A stretch of DNA of 59,451 bases, counting the filler. It is 4 parts of 4 records of this genome, joined end to end, with 100 filler letters (N's around TTAATTAATTAA, not from the genome) between each part and the next. Parts side by side here need not be neighbours in the genome. Positions count along the whole stretch, not along the records: positions 45,306 to 59,451 come from SRR31156797_5890; 3 more parts are not named here. One strand, written 5' to 3'. Both the position numbers and the translations under genes were made by a program. A model generated the notes under the pieces. That model was given only the letters and a program-made list of their open reading frames with translations. It did no database searches and was not told the DNA's origin. Positions 47,913 to 58,579 of this stretch are shown piece by piece (within the stretch, counting starts at the first letter, position 1; each line of letters begins with the position of its first letter).

Positions 47913-50272
47913 TGGAAAATAGTATGAATACAAATAAATACAAAGGGCTTTTGGCGCTATTTATTGGCTGTTTTCTGGTCTTTACGGCCGGGTGTTTTGA
48001 CAATAACAAGGCAAAAGTAGATGCTTATATAAAAAATGCCAGAAAATTTCTGTCCCAAAACAAGGTGCAAACAGCCATTATTGAGTATAGGAATGCCGTA
48101 AACCTTGATCCGAATAACAGTGTGGTCCTGTTTGAACTTGCCGAAGCCTATGTCCTCAATAAGCAGATCAGCAATGCGGTTCGATATTATAACCTGGCAG
48201 CCAAAGCAAATCCGGATAGTATCCTTGCCTATCTGCGCCTGGCCCAGATACATATGCAGACAAATGCGCTTTTAGAAGCCAGGAATGACATCTCAAAGGC
48301 GTTGAGCGTTTTTCCAAATTCCATTGAAGCCTATCATATTCTATCCGGCATCCAGCTAAAGGAGCGGGATATCGCTGCTGCCATTGAAACCCTTGAAAAG
48401 GCTGCCGCAATAGATGATAAAAATGTCAAAACCTATACCTCGCTGGCAATTTTATATTTAAAAAACAGCGATGGAGACAAAGCTGAACAGGCCTATAAAA
48501 AAGCCATAAAATGCGACAGCGCGTCAAGGAGCGCATATATGGGATTGGTTCGGCTGTATACGGCCCACAAAAAATGGGATAAGGCTGAAAACCTGTTGAA
48601 ACAGGTGATGGAAACACCCGGTATCAAGATTGAAAAATATTCTGATATGGCCATGTTTTACCAGGGGGTACGCAGGTTTGACCTGGCCGAAACCTATTTT
48701 CAAAAAGCTGTGGACCATGATCCGGACAATGTAGATTCCCTGATGCACCTTGCTGAATTTTATACCCGGATCAACCAGCAGGACAAAGCGGTCATCACCA
48801 TAGGAAAGGCCTTGGCTAAAAAACCGAAATCTCCCAGGGTGCTGGCCAATCAGGCCCAGTTGCTCCTTCATTTCAACCGGGTGGACGAAGCCCGGCAGTC
48901 CGTTGAAAAAGCCTTGAAAATCAACAGCAGTTATACCGCGGCCTTGTTCCAGAAAGGGCGGATATTGATGGTGGAAAAAAATTTTAAAGAAGCACTGGAT
49001 ATATTTGACCAGGTGGTTGCCCAGGATAAATTAAATGCAAAAGCCTATTATTATAGGGGGTTGTGTATTCAACAAAGAGGCGCAACAGACCGGCCTGAGC
49101 AAAAAATATTCAGGGCTGCAGCAGGTATGCTTGATGATCCCGAGGAATTTGAAAGGGAACAGGTTAAACGAAACTTTCTTGCTGCCGTAGCAATTGATCC
49201 AAGGTTTGTTAAAGTAAGGTGCAGGCTTCTTGAAATATACCTGATGGAAAAAAATATCAAAGCATCAAAGGCCCAGATGGACGCAATTTTAAGACTGGCA
49301 CCGCCGGACCGCAGGACAATGGAGCTGATGTCCGGTTTGAAGTTTCTTGAAGGAGATGTTGAAGGCGCTCAAAAAATTCTTTTGAGCATCGTAAAAGAAC
49401 AGCCTGACTATATCCCTGCTAATATCAGGCTTGCAAGGCTGTATTACATGCAAAAAAACAATGATTCAGCCCTGGAGCACTACCGCAAAGCATTTGATAT
49501 GGCACCTGAACTTGTGGGGATTGTTAAAATGATGTCTGATATTTATCTTTCACAAAAACAGTATGATAAGGCAATTGAGCTTGTTGACACCCTTAGCGCA
49601 AAAAGCGCAAAAGACAAAGCAGCATTCTACAACAACCTTAGAGGCGAAATATATCTTGCAGCAGGAAAACCTGACAAAGCCTTTGGCCTGTTTGAAAAAG
49701 CCGCTGCCCAACAGCCTCAATACATAACCCCGAAAATGCATACAGCAAGGCTTTTAATGAAACGCGGGAAACTGCCACAAGCCCTTAAGTTGTATAAGAA
49801 TATCGAATCCGAAAGACCTGATTTTGTTCCGGCTCTTTTTGCCATAGGCATAATTGAGCATAATAAGAATAATTTCAAAAAAGCTGAAGAGTATTACAGA
49901 AAAGTTATAGATATAGCTCCGGGTTATGTAAATGCCATTAATAACCTTGCTTTTATTTTATCAGAGAGAAAAGAAGGTGTTGATGAAGCTCTGAAATTAG
50001 CAATAATTGCCAGGGAAAAAGCGCCCAAAAATGCAGATGTGCTTGATACACTGGGGTGGGTGTACTACCAAAAAGGCAACTATTTGAGCGCATTATCAGA
50101 ATTTGAAGAAAGCCTGAAAATAAAGCCTGACAGCGCTTTAACCTGTTTTCATTACGGCATGGCCCTATATCGTTCACAAAAATTTGAAGAGGCAAGAAAA
50201 TATTTTAAAAAGGCCTTAAATATTGATCCTGACTTCAAAGGAGCCCAGAAAGCAAGGCAGATGCTCAACTAA
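47912..50272 (+). CDS. TPR-repeat lipoprotein (PrsT-like, PEP-CTERM system)
   Basis: Lipobox FTAGC, many TPR repeats and C-terminal NNLAF...DTLGWVYY; TAATG stop/start overlap at 47910-47914. Confidence 0.85.
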   Translation: MENSMNTNKYKGLLALFIGCFLVFTAGCFDNNKAKVDAYIKNARKFLSQNKVQTAIIEYRNAVNLDPNNSVVLFELAEAYVLNKQISNAVRYYNLAAKANPDSILAYLRLAQIHMQTNALLEARNDISKALSVFPNSIEAYHILSGIQLKERDIAAAIETLEKAAAIDDKNVKTYTSLAILYLKNSDGDKAEQAYKKAIKCDSASRSAYMGLVRLYTAHKKWDKAENLLKQVMETPGIKIEKYSDMAMFYQGVRRFDLAETYFQKAVDHDPDNVDSLMHLAEFYTRINQQDKAVITIGKALAKKPKSPRVLANQAQLLLHFNRVDEARQSVEKALKINSSYTAALFQKGRILMVEKNFKEALDIFDQVVAQDKLNAKAYYYRGLCIQQRGATDRPEQKIFRAAAGMLDDPEEFEREQVKRNFLAAVAIDPRFVKVRCRLLEIYLMEKNIKASKAQMDAILRLAPPDRRTMELMSGLKFLEGDVEGAQKILLSIVKEQPDYIPANIRLARLYYMQKNNDSALEHYRKAFDMAPELVGIVKMMSDIYLSQKQYDKAIELVDTLSAKSAKDKAAFYNNLRGEIYLAAGKPDKAFGLFEKAAAQQPQYITPKMHTARLLMKRGKLPQALKLYKNIESERPDFVPALFAIGIIEHNKNNFKKAEEYYRKVIDIAPGYVNAINNLAFILSERKEGVDEALKLAIIAREKAPKNADVLDTLGWVYYQKGNYLSALSEFEESLKIKPDSALTCFHYGMALYRSQKFEEARKYFKKALNIDPDFKGAQKARQMLN

Positions 50273-50489
50273 CAACTGCTGTATAAATTTAAAGAAAAAA
50301 TTTTTCTTTTGTTACTTTTTTTTCATACTTTTAACACCTTTTATAGTCTCATTTATATTTTTATAGTCACACTTATATAAAGCTGGTTATAAAGGTGTCT
50401 GGACATCCGTTTAAAGTTCGCTCAGAATGTATAGACACCAATGCTCTTTTAAAATAATAATTAATTTTCAAAATGTTTCTCATAGCATG

Positions 50490-50505
50490 TGGCATTATCA
50501 TTGCA
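50490..50505 (+). promoter_or_regulatory. Sigma-54 (-24/-12) promoter of the PEP-CTERM gene
   Basis: TGGCAT-TATCA-TTGCA matches TGGCAC-N5-TTGCW with exact spacing. Confidence 0.8.
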
Positions 50506-50576
50506 TTATAAACCCCCATCAATAAGCTTTAATTACAATTATAGAAAGTCTATTTAAAACGTGTGGGGGTGATGTC

Positions 50577-51446
50577 ATGAAAACTTTTATCAGGTGTTTT
50601 GCTTTAGTGTTCCTTTCAGCAACTCTTTTTTGCGTGCAGGTTTTTGCTGCTCCTACTATAGGAGGGTTTGTGTATATTGATGAATGGGGCTCAGGTGATT
50701 ATAATCAAACCCAAACCACAGGGGGGGGGATTAACCCAACCCCTACAACAAGGGGGAATCTTCATTTAGAGGATGGAGGAAGTTCGCCGGAAAATACTTG
50801 GGCTTATGATGCTGAAAAACTTGGGCTCATCATTGAAGATGATACTCTTTATATTGCATTGCAGACTGACTATGATTTTACAAATGAGTCTCAAACCTAT
50901 AAACCCGGAGATTTTATTTTTCAGTTTGAAGATGTTGAAGGCACCACGGATATAAACGCAAACTCAAGCCTTGCCCTGGATTTTGATTTTGACGACAACA
51001 ATCAATTAACAAATCTGACTTTTTACTGGGGAGATATGACGTTTGAAGGATCTACTGATTTTCAACAGGGTCTTGCATCTTATGTGGCCACACCCGAAGA
51101 CGGAAAATCCGACTCAGACTTTGCCTATAACGCCAAATACCAATACAATAATTATAATGATCCCCTTGATAACGGCCACACCCTTGAACTTGCCATTGGT
51201 CTCGCATCCCTTGACACCCAAATCCAAAACCTTTTTGCCGGCTCCAGCTACGCCCAGATGCACTGGCAGATGAGTTGTGGAAACGATATCCTTTATGTGG
51301 CTGACAACTATCAATATTCAAATAGCAGTAGCAGTACTCAAGGTGCCAATGCCGTGCCGGAACCAGCTACCTTCTTTTTGCTCGGCTTAGGGCTCTTAGG
51401 TGCAGGCTTTCTGGAGCGTCGGCGCCAGCATCAGAAAACGAGCTGA
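50577..51446 (+). CDS. PEP-CTERM sorting-domain surface protein
   Basis: Signal peptide, acidic mature region containing WQMSCGND, Ser linker and C-terminal VPEPATFFLLGLGLLGAGFLERRR. Confidence 0.93.
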   Translation: MKTFIRCFALVFLSATLFCVQVFAAPTIGGFVYIDEWGSGDYNQTQTTGGGINPTPTTRGNLHLEDGGSSPENTWAYDAEKLGLIIEDDTLYIALQTDYDFTNESQTYKPGDFIFQFEDVEGTTDINANSSLALDFDFDDNNQLTNLTFYWGDMTFEGSTDFQQGLASYVATPEDGKSDSDFAYNAKYQYNNYNDPLDNGHTLELAIGLASLDTQIQNLFAGSSYAQMHWQMSCGNDILYVADNYQYSNSSSSTQGANAVPEPATFFLLGLGLLGAGFLERRRQHQKTS

Positions 51447-51480
51447 CACTAACACTTTCATGATTATCTATATCTTTTGA

Positions 51481-51520
51481 AAACAGGCTGTGAATGCTTT
51501 TAGCACAGCCTGTTTGATTT
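51481..51520 (+). terminator. Terminator after the PEP-CTERM gene
   Basis: AAACAGGCTGTG...CACAGCCTGTTT followed by a T-rich tail. Confidence 0.8.
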
Positions 51521-51676
51521 TCTGCAAGACAATTTTCAACCCCAATCTATTGTTAAATTCTTCTTAAATACCTTTTTACTCAAAATAAAGCATTGACAAA
51601 AAAACATAAGGTGATATGTATTAATTTTCCTTTTTACGATAATTTATGATAAAAATTGTTTTAGTTTTACCCAGGA

Positions 51677-53305
51677 ATGAATATGACAGATCCGTTCCAA
51701 TCGCAGACACAAATAAAACCCGACTATATCATTGATACCCTTATCCGGGGACGATGGTTCTTGATTTTTCCTTTGTGCATTTCTCTGACATTGGGGCTTG
51801 GGATGACACTGACAGCCAATAAAACCTACCAGGCCAGAACATCGATCCTTGTCCAGCCCCAGCGGGTTCCTACCAGTTATATAAGATCTGTTGTGTCTTC
51901 CACTATCGGCCAGCGGATCAGCACCATATCCCAACAGGTCCTGAGCCGCAGCAATCTTGAACAGATTATTGACCAGTTCGGTTTGTACGAAAATAGCGCC
52001 GGTATGTATCAGGAAGAAAAAATAGACGGGTTAAGAAAACGGATAAAGGTTAGAAGTGAACGTGCCAGACAAGGGGCGGAGTCCTTTTCCATTTCTTTCA
52101 CCGGCAGTGAGCCACAGCGGGTAATGCGGGTTGCCAATACCCTGGCGTCATATTTTATGGATGAAAACCTCAAAGTCCGTGAGGCCCAGGCTATAGGTAC
52201 CAGTGAATTCCTTGACTCAGAGTTAGAGAAGACCAAAAAGCGACTTGAGGAAAAAGAGCAAAAGCTTGCGGCGTTCAGGGCAAAACACCTCGGAGGCCTG
52301 CCTGACGAACTTGAAACAAATTTGCGGACTCTTGACCGTATGCAACAACAGCTTACTGACAAGACAACCCTTCTACGAGAGGCTAAAAATTCCATTGGTA
52401 TTATCGATTCCCAGATTTCCCAGCTAACTGGGGCCGATTCCGGGACAACGGAAGGTGATGACAGTGGTCAGAGCATTACAGTCCCGTTGTCGGAAGACGA
52501 ACAGGCCCTTGAGGCAGCCCATGATCAATATGAAGCACTTTTGCTCAGATATACGGAAAAGCACCCGGATGTTCAAAAGTTAAAAAAGAGGATTGAGAAA
52601 TTAAAACAAAACGTTGCGGCGGCCAAAATTGAGCAGTCTAATACCGGGAATAAGAATACAAACACAGCTGCTGCCAGGCGTAATCCGACTATAAGGCCTT
52701 TGATTCTTCAACGCACCCAGCTGAAAACTGACGTGGCTACACTTCAAAAAGAGATTAACGGTATTCAGGAAAAGATGAAGGTGTACCAGCAGCGCGTTGA
52801 AGATACACCCAAACGAGAACTTGAACTTCAGTCACTTAAACGGGATTATGGGAATATACAGGACGTATACAACTCTATTTTGGACAGAAAGCTGGAAGCC
52901 GAATTGTCCGTCAACATGGAAAAAAAACAAAAAGGGGAACAGTTCCGGATCCTGGATTATGCCCGCCTGCCGGAAAAACCGATTTCGCCCAATGTTAAAA
53001 TGATGTTTTTATTATCCGTAGCCGGGGGCCTTGGATTGGGCGGAGGTGTGCTCTTTTTAAAAGAGTTGCTTAGCTTCTCTGTTATCCGGCGGGATGATCA
53101 AATTGAAACCGAGTTGGGATTGCCGATTTTGGCATCTATTCCCCCGCTGCAAAAACCGGGCGCCAAGATGAAGCAAAAAATTGAATGGGTCTTGTTTATA
53201 TGTTGCTGCAGCTATAGTGCAGTGTTTCTGGTATTTTTTGCAATATTGAATCAGAAAGGTTTGGACAGGACAATCAATTTTATAAAAACGACACTCAATT
53301 TATAA
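51677..53305 (+). CDS. Polysaccharide chain-length determinant/co-polymerase (Wzz/GumC-like)
   Basis: Two terminal TM regions, coiled coil, YTEKHPDV and FRILDYARLPEKPISP; TTGACA at 51593-51598 upstream. Confidence 0.9.
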   Translation: MNMTDPFQSQTQIKPDYIIDTLIRGRWFLIFPLCISLTLGLGMTLTANKTYQARTSILVQPQRVPTSYIRSVVSSTIGQRISTISQQVLSRSNLEQIIDQFGLYENSAGMYQEEKIDGLRKRIKVRSERARQGAESFSISFTGSEPQRVMRVANTLASYFMDENLKVREAQAIGTSEFLDSELEKTKKRLEEKEQKLAAFRAKHLGGLPDELETNLRTLDRMQQQLTDKTTLLREAKNSIGIIDSQISQLTGADSGTTEGDDSGQSITVPLSEDEQALEAAHDQYEALLLRYTEKHPDVQKLKKRIEKLKQNVAAAKIEQSNTGNKNTNTAAARRNPTIRPLILQRTQLKTDVATLQKEINGIQEKMKVYQQRVEDTPKRELELQSLKRDYGNIQDVYNSILDRKLEAELSVNMEKKQKGEQFRILDYARLPEKPISPNVKMMFLLSVAGGLGLGGGVLFLKELLSFSVIRRDDQIETELGLPILASIPPLQKPGAKMKQKIEWVLFICCCSYSAVFLVFFAILNQKGLDRTINFIKTTLNL

Positions 53306-53451
53306 TGCCGGCAATTCTAATTTTATTCTCGTACAAAACCTCAAAGGCACAAGGGGTTACAAAACCAAATAAAGCATTGGTGTCTTTGTGCGATTTTTTC
53401 AACTAAAGATTCATGTTTAAAAATGCTTTTATATTGCTGAGGATATAAGAT

Positions 53452-54306
53452 TTGGGAAAAATATTTAGGGCGCTGAAAAAAACAGGACATAACATAACAC
53501 CGGAAAAAAAATTTGCATCGGGTGATGATACTGCTATGGCCTGTGATGATTCAGACAACGAGGTTTCCGGACAATCAGAGGTGACAACTCAATCCCACTC
53601 CAGACCCACGAATTCAGCTCTTGTCACAGCCACAAAACCTCATTCGCCGGCTTCGGAGCAGTTCAGGCTGTTAAAAAACAATATTTTGTTTCCTGAAAAA
53701 GGAAATCCGCCAAAAACCATCATGGTGACAAGCGCCTCTCCAGATGAAGGCAAATCCTTTGTGGCCGCCAATCTTGCCGTAAGCATAGCCCAGAGTATCG
53801 ATGAGTACGTTCTTCTCATGGACTGCGATCTAAGGTCTCCTACGATCCATACATTCTTTGGTTATGCAGATAAAGAGCAGGGATTGAGCGATTACCTGAC
53901 AAATTCGATACCTTTGTCTTCGGTCCTTAAAAAAGCATCTGTAAATAAATTAACTATTCTAACTGCAGGGCGGATTCCGTCTAATCCCTCAGAACTTCTC
54001 TCTTCCGATCAGATGCGTCGCCTGCTACATGAGGTCAAATTGCGTTACAATGACAGATATGTCATTATTGATACGCCACCTCCTTATATGACATCAGAAA
54101 CCAATGCCATTGCCCGGTTTGTAGATGGCATTATTCTGGTTATCCGCCAGGGAAAAACACGGACCAAAGAGGTGGCAGATATCCTGGATATTTACGGCCG
54201 TGAAAAGATCTTGGGGGTTGTTACGAATTTCTCTAAAAAAACAATTGGCTATGGATATGGATATAATAAGATCGGTTATGGATACGGATATCATCAGCGA
54301 AGATGA
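53452..54306 (+). CDS. Polysaccharide biosynthesis tyrosine autokinase (CpsD/CapB, split Wzc)
   Basis: SASPDEGKS, DCDLRSP, IIDTPP and Tyr cluster GYGYGYNKIGYGYGY. Confidence 0.93.
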   Translation: MGKIFRALKKTGHNITPEKKFASGDDTAMACDDSDNEVSGQSEVTTQSHSRPTNSALVTATKPHSPASEQFRLLKNNILFPEKGNPPKTIMVTSASPDEGKSFVAANLAVSIAQSIDEYVLLMDCDLRSPTIHTFFGYADKEQGLSDYLTNSIPLSSVLKKASVNKLTILTAGRIPSNPSELLSSDQMRRLLHEVKLRYNDRYVIIDTPPPYMTSETNAIARFVDGIILVIRQGKTRTKEVADILDIYGREKILGVVTNFSKKTIGYGYGYNKIGYGYGYHQRR

Positions 54307-54329
54307 TTAAAACAGGAGGTGTTTAAAAA

Positions 54330-55721
54330 ATGCTCAGCATTTTGCGCCAATATTTCCCTGTCAGAAACATGTTGTTTTTTATTCTGGAAGGATGCGTGAT
54401 TTTCAGCTGTTTTCTCTTATCAACAGCCCTTTTAACCGTTTCCAGCTCATACTGGTTTGATCTGATGCTGGTTTTAAGAATCCTTCTGATTACCGCTATT
54501 ATACAGACCTGCTTGTTTTATAATGACCTTTATGATTTTGATATTGCTTATCAGATCACGGAGATTATAATCCGTTTGCTCCAGTCTTTAGGGGTTGCCT
54601 CCATCCTCCTGGCCGGTGTCTACTTTCTTTTTCCTCTGGTGATTATGGACCAGAGGATATATATTTTAAGCATATTTTTTCTGATTTTTTTCATCATTTT
54701 CTGGCGAGTCGGTTATCTTCAAATTCTTAACAAAGGAATGTTCAACCAGCGTATTATCATTCTTGGTTCCAGTAAGCTGGCTAAAGATATTTATGAAAAA
54801 ATCACGAGGACTATCGATTGCGGCTATACAGTATGTGTTGTTATTCCTGATGATGTTGACAAGGAAACAGAAAAACTGCCTGAGCATTTGCTGATTGATC
54901 AAAAGGATAAAACGCTTTCTGAAATTTCCAAAACACATAATATAAACAAAATTATTGTGGCGTTTAAGGAAAAAAGAGGGCTGTTTCCTACCCAGGAGCT
55001 TATTCAATGCAGGACCGAAGGCATTGATGTGATTTCTGGCAGTTCTTTCTATGAATTGCTGACCGGAAAAGTCCTGGTTCGGGAGATAGAACCATCATGG
55101 TTGATTTTTTCCAAAGGGTTCCAAAAATCACGGTTTAAGGCGGCTATGAAGCGAATGCAGGATATCATTTTGTCTTTAATTCTTTTGACACTTCTTTCTC
55201 CTTTGCTTATAGTGGTGGCCATTCTGATCAAGATGGATTCAAAAGGTCCGGTTCTTTTTGCCCAGGACCGGGTTGGCGGTGGCAAAAAAGAATATATGAT
55301 GCATAAATTCCGCTCTATGGTGCAGGATGCTGAAAAATTAACAGGCCCGGTATGGGCCGGTGATAACGATAAACGCATCACACGGGTGGGACGCATCATA
55401 AGGAAATACAGAATAGATGAACTGCCCCAATTGTGGGAGGTCCTTATGGGAACCATGAGCCTTGTGGGGCCCCGTCCCGAACGTAAATACTTCACGGATC
55501 AACTGGAAAAAAAAATTCCTTTTTACACCCAGAGATTCAACGTAAAGCCAGGGATTACTGGGTGGGCTCAGATCTGTTATGATTACGGCGCAACCGTAGA
55601 AGATGCTGTGGAAAAACTCAATTATGATCTTTTTTATATTAAAAATATGTCCTTTACCCTAGATGTGGTCATTCTTTTAAAAACCGTTAAAACGGTTCTT
55701 TTTGGCAAGGGTGCAAGGTAA
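54330..55721 (+). CDS. Priming polyprenyl glycosylphosphotransferase (PEP-CTERM locus sugar transferase)
   Basis: N-terminal TMs, KFRSM, RIDELPQLW, MSLVGPRPE, KPGITGWAQ and YDLFYIKN. Confidence 0.93.
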   Translation: MLSILRQYFPVRNMLFFILEGCVIFSCFLLSTALLTVSSSYWFDLMLVLRILLITAIIQTCLFYNDLYDFDIAYQITEIIIRLLQSLGVASILLAGVYFLFPLVIMDQRIYILSIFFLIFFIIFWRVGYLQILNKGMFNQRIIILGSSKLAKDIYEKITRTIDCGYTVCVVIPDDVDKETEKLPEHLLIDQKDKTLSEISKTHNINKIIVAFKEKRGLFPTQELIQCRTEGIDVISGSSFYELLTGKVLVREIEPSWLIFSKGFQKSRFKAAMKRMQDIILSLILLTLLSPLLIVVAILIKMDSKGPVLFAQDRVGGGKKEYMMHKFRSMVQDAEKLTGPVWAGDNDKRITRVGRIIRKYRIDELPQLWEVLMGTMSLVGPRPERKYFTDQLEKKIPFYTQRFNVKPGITGWAQICYDYGATVEDAVEKLNYDLFYIKNMSFTLDVVILLKTVKTVLFGKGAR

Positions 55722-55834
55722 GTAATAAGCAACAGGCAAAATTTTTAGTTTTAATCGGTCATGGAATGCAGAAATTCTATGGCTTATACAGATTTCAAAA
55801 AGATATTAATCGATGTAATCGAAGGGGCGGAGCT

Positions 55835-56431
55835 ATGTTTAAAATTAATATAATAAAGTGTTTTTTTTGTTCCTTTTTTATGTTGTTTGCCTTGTACTCT
55901 TGTCTGGCAGGGAATGTTGCGGCAGACAGCGCCGAATCATCCACGGATGGGGATTATAAAATTGGTGTCGGAGATGTCCTTCAAGTGACAACATGGAAGG
56001 AAGAAGATCTGACATTTGAGAAAGTGTTTGTCCGAAATGACGGTAAAATCACCATTCCTCTGCTGGATGATATCCAGGCTGAAGACCGCACTACAATGGA
56101 ACTAAAAAAAGCAATTGAGATTGGGTTGGCTGAGTTTGTGGAAGCTCCGACTGTCACTGTCACTCTGGCAAACCCGGGAAGTCAGAAATATTATATACTT
56201 GGCGAAGTAATGGACGTGGGTGAATATCCTTTAATTAAAAAACTGACTGTTGTACAGGCGTTTGCTTTGGCCAAAGGATTTACTGAATGGGCGTCCAAGG
56301 ATGAGATCATCCTGGTCCGCAGGGACAACGGAAAGGAACAGATGATCAAAATTGATTATGACGACATTACGGACGGCGAGCTTGGAAATGATATTCTACT
56401 CAAGGCCGACGATATCATTATCGTTCCCTAA
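55835..56431 (+). CDS. Polysaccharide export protein (Wza/OPX family, short form)
   Basis: YKIGVGDVLQV, VRNDGKITIPLL and SLBB motif YILGEV; GGAG RBS before ATG at 55835. Confidence 0.9.
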   Translation: MFKINIIKCFFCSFFMLFALYSCLAGNVAADSAESSTDGDYKIGVGDVLQVTTWKEEDLTFEKVFVRNDGKITIPLLDDIQAEDRTTMELKKAIEIGLAEFVEAPTVTVTLANPGSQKYYILGEVMDVGEYPLIKKLTVVQAFALAKGFTEWASKDEIILVRRDNGKEQMIKIDYDDITDGELGNDILLKADDIIIVP

Positions 56432-56446
56432 AGTGGAAGGCTTCTC

Positions 56447-57874
56447 ATGAAATCGTCCATGATCACTCCCCTTGCATGTCTTTTGGCTGCTGCGACCTGT
56501 CTTCTGCTGCCGGTCTCATTTGCCCAGGCAAGAATGGTTACCCAGATTGTACCGACCCTGACAGTCACAGAGGAGTATACGGACAACTATTTTCAAACCG
56601 AGACCGACCCGTTTGAAGAGTGGACTACGTCCTATGAACTTGGTTTTTCCGTGGGGTTTTTAAGCAAAAGAAGCAAAATTTATCTGGAGTACAATCCGGA
56701 GTATACGGATTATAAAAATCTGAATGAAAGGGACGGCCTGGACCATAACGCAAGTCTGTCCGCTGCCTGTCAGGTCACAAGACATACCTCTGCCAAGGCA
56801 GATATCAGCTATGACGGGCATGACGGAAACAATACCGGAGAGTCCTGGGAGCATTCTGCAAGTGCCTCGGTGGACAGCCAATTAACAAAAACGGTTAAAA
56901 CATCCCTTGCCTATGACTATTCCAACAGCTTTGACCAGCAGGTCAGAACCGGTGATTACAAGGAACACCAAACGCATAATGCCAATGCTTTTATCCGTAA
57001 AGCGTTTGGTCCCCGGAACAGTATGGGGGCAAATCTTTCTTACGAAACAGATAACTATCAAAATTCAGACGCCGATGAATATCAAAGCTATGAACCCAGC
57101 GCCTTTATGACTTACTGGCTTACCCGGAAGGACGGCGTTGAAACCAATCTGGAATATAAGGACAAAAAGTTTGATACGGCTGACGGTAATGATTACGAGA
57201 CCATTGCCGGGGATATGCGATATATCCGGAAATTTACCCGGCATTTTGATGGATATGTCAAGTACCGGCATTATATGTCTGACAGGGAGGATGGAGATCA
57301 TATCATTTATCATCCTTCCGTGGGTATTGACTGGGATATAACAGAGGACTCCGGCGTCTCAATAGGCGTCGGCATCCTTTTCCATGAGTGGGACAATGAC
57401 AATGACGATTCAACAGACCCCTTTTTGGATCTCAACGTCTACAAGGTGTTTAATTTCAGTCCAAAAGGATCGATGACCATCACAGCCAGCAGTTCATATG
57501 AAGAATCTGATGAGGAGGCCGCAAGTTTGGGTTACAACACGAGCTATCGGGCGGGGTTTTATTTGAATTATATGTTGGCAAGACGTCTGTCCTCCCAGCT
57601 GTTTGGTTCTTACAAGCTTCAACAGTTCGAGGAGACCGCAGTAGACCGCCAGGACGACACCTACGAAATCGGCGGCGGCCTGACATGGAATCCGTTAAAA
57701 TGGCTTCAGATAGGTGCCAATGCCACCCATACAAATTATAAAACAGATGATGCATCAAGAGAAAATTACGAAGATAATACAATTAGTGTTTTTGTTCGTT
57801 TTGTCCCGGAGAGGCCTATACGGCCGGATAAGATGCCATCCAGAAAGAGCCTTGAAAAAGGACTTTTTGATTAG
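56447..57874 (+). CDS. Outer membrane beta-barrel protein of the EPS export locus
   Basis: Signal peptide, EEYTDN motif, Tyr/Asp-rich amphipathic strands; follows the short OPX gene. Confidence 0.75.
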   Translation: MKSSMITPLACLLAAATCLLLPVSFAQARMVTQIVPTLTVTEEYTDNYFQTETDPFEEWTTSYELGFSVGFLSKRSKIYLEYNPEYTDYKNLNERDGLDHNASLSAACQVTRHTSAKADISYDGHDGNNTGESWEHSASASVDSQLTKTVKTSLAYDYSNSFDQQVRTGDYKEHQTHNANAFIRKAFGPRNSMGANLSYETDNYQNSDADEYQSYEPSAFMTYWLTRKDGVETNLEYKDKKFDTADGNDYETIAGDMRYIRKFTRHFDGYVKYRHYMSDREDGDHIIYHPSVGIDWDITEDSGVSIGVGILFHEWDNDNDDSTDPFLDLNVYKVFNFSPKGSMTITASSSYEESDEEAASLGYNTSYRAGFYLNYMLARRLSSQLFGSYKLQQFEETAVDRQDDTYEIGGGLTWNPLKWLQIGANATHTNYKTDDASRENYEDNTISVFVRFVPERPIRPDKMPSRKSLEKGLFD

Positions 57875-57927
57875 TGTTTGCCCAAACATGGGGTTTTTGT
57901 TCACGTACTAATTAAAGCGTAATTGCT

Positions 57928-58575
57928 TTGGATAATAAATTGTCGCCAAAACATACTGCCATTATCGTAATCCTTCTTATTTCAGCCGCTGGTCTGACAA
58001 CGCTGCTTTCAAACTCAGAGCGCATCAAACCGAACCGGCCCTTTAGTCAATTTCCCCTTGAGATTGGCCCCTGGCAGGGTGTAACCAGTCAAATGGACGA
58101 ACAAGTGTACAATATTCTGGGTGTAGAAGACTATATTATGGCGGACTTCAGCAAAGGCCCGGACCAGGCGGTGAATCTTTATGTGGGATTTTATCAAAGC
58201 CAGAGCAAAGGCGATCTAATCCACTCACCCAAGCACTGTATGCCCGGCTCAGGGTGGAATATCGTCCAAAGTTCTTCCATTCCCATTGACTTGCCCAAGA
58301 GCGGTAAAACTATAAAAATTGCAAAACTTTTGCTGGCCAAAGGCGGACAGAAGCAGGTGGTATATTACTGGTTCCAGTCCCGGGGCCGGATTATTAGTTC
58401 AGAATATATGCAAAAAATCTGGTTAGTGGTGGATTCAATTACGAAAAACCGGACGGACGGCTCCTTTGTCCGCCTGATTGCACCGGTCATAAAAAATGAA
58501 ACAACAACCGAATTACTTTTAACCCAATTTGCAGATGCAATTTACCCTACCCTTAATCAATTCATTCCCAACTAA
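57928..58575 (+). CDS. epsI: Exosortase-associated EpsI family protein
   Basis: FPLEIGPWQG, LYVGFY.SQ, HSPKHCMPGSGW, VYYWFQ and RTDGSFVRL. Confidence 0.88.
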   Translation: MDNKLSPKHTAIIVILLISAAGLTTLLSNSERIKPNRPFSQFPLEIGPWQGVTSQMDEQVYNILGVEDYIMADFSKGPDQAVNLYVGFYQSQSKGDLIHSPKHCMPGSGWNIVQSSSIPIDLPKSGKTIKIAKLLLAKGGQKQVVYYWFQSRGRIISSEYMQKIWLVVDSITKNRTDGSFVRLIAPVIKNETTTELLLTQFADAIYPTLNQFIPN

Positions 58576-58579
58576 TTTT

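Noticed and set aside
53340-53392. CAAAGGCAC...GTGTCTTTG inverted repeat between the chain-length and kinase genes
   Set aside because: Weak, single instance; no function can be supported.
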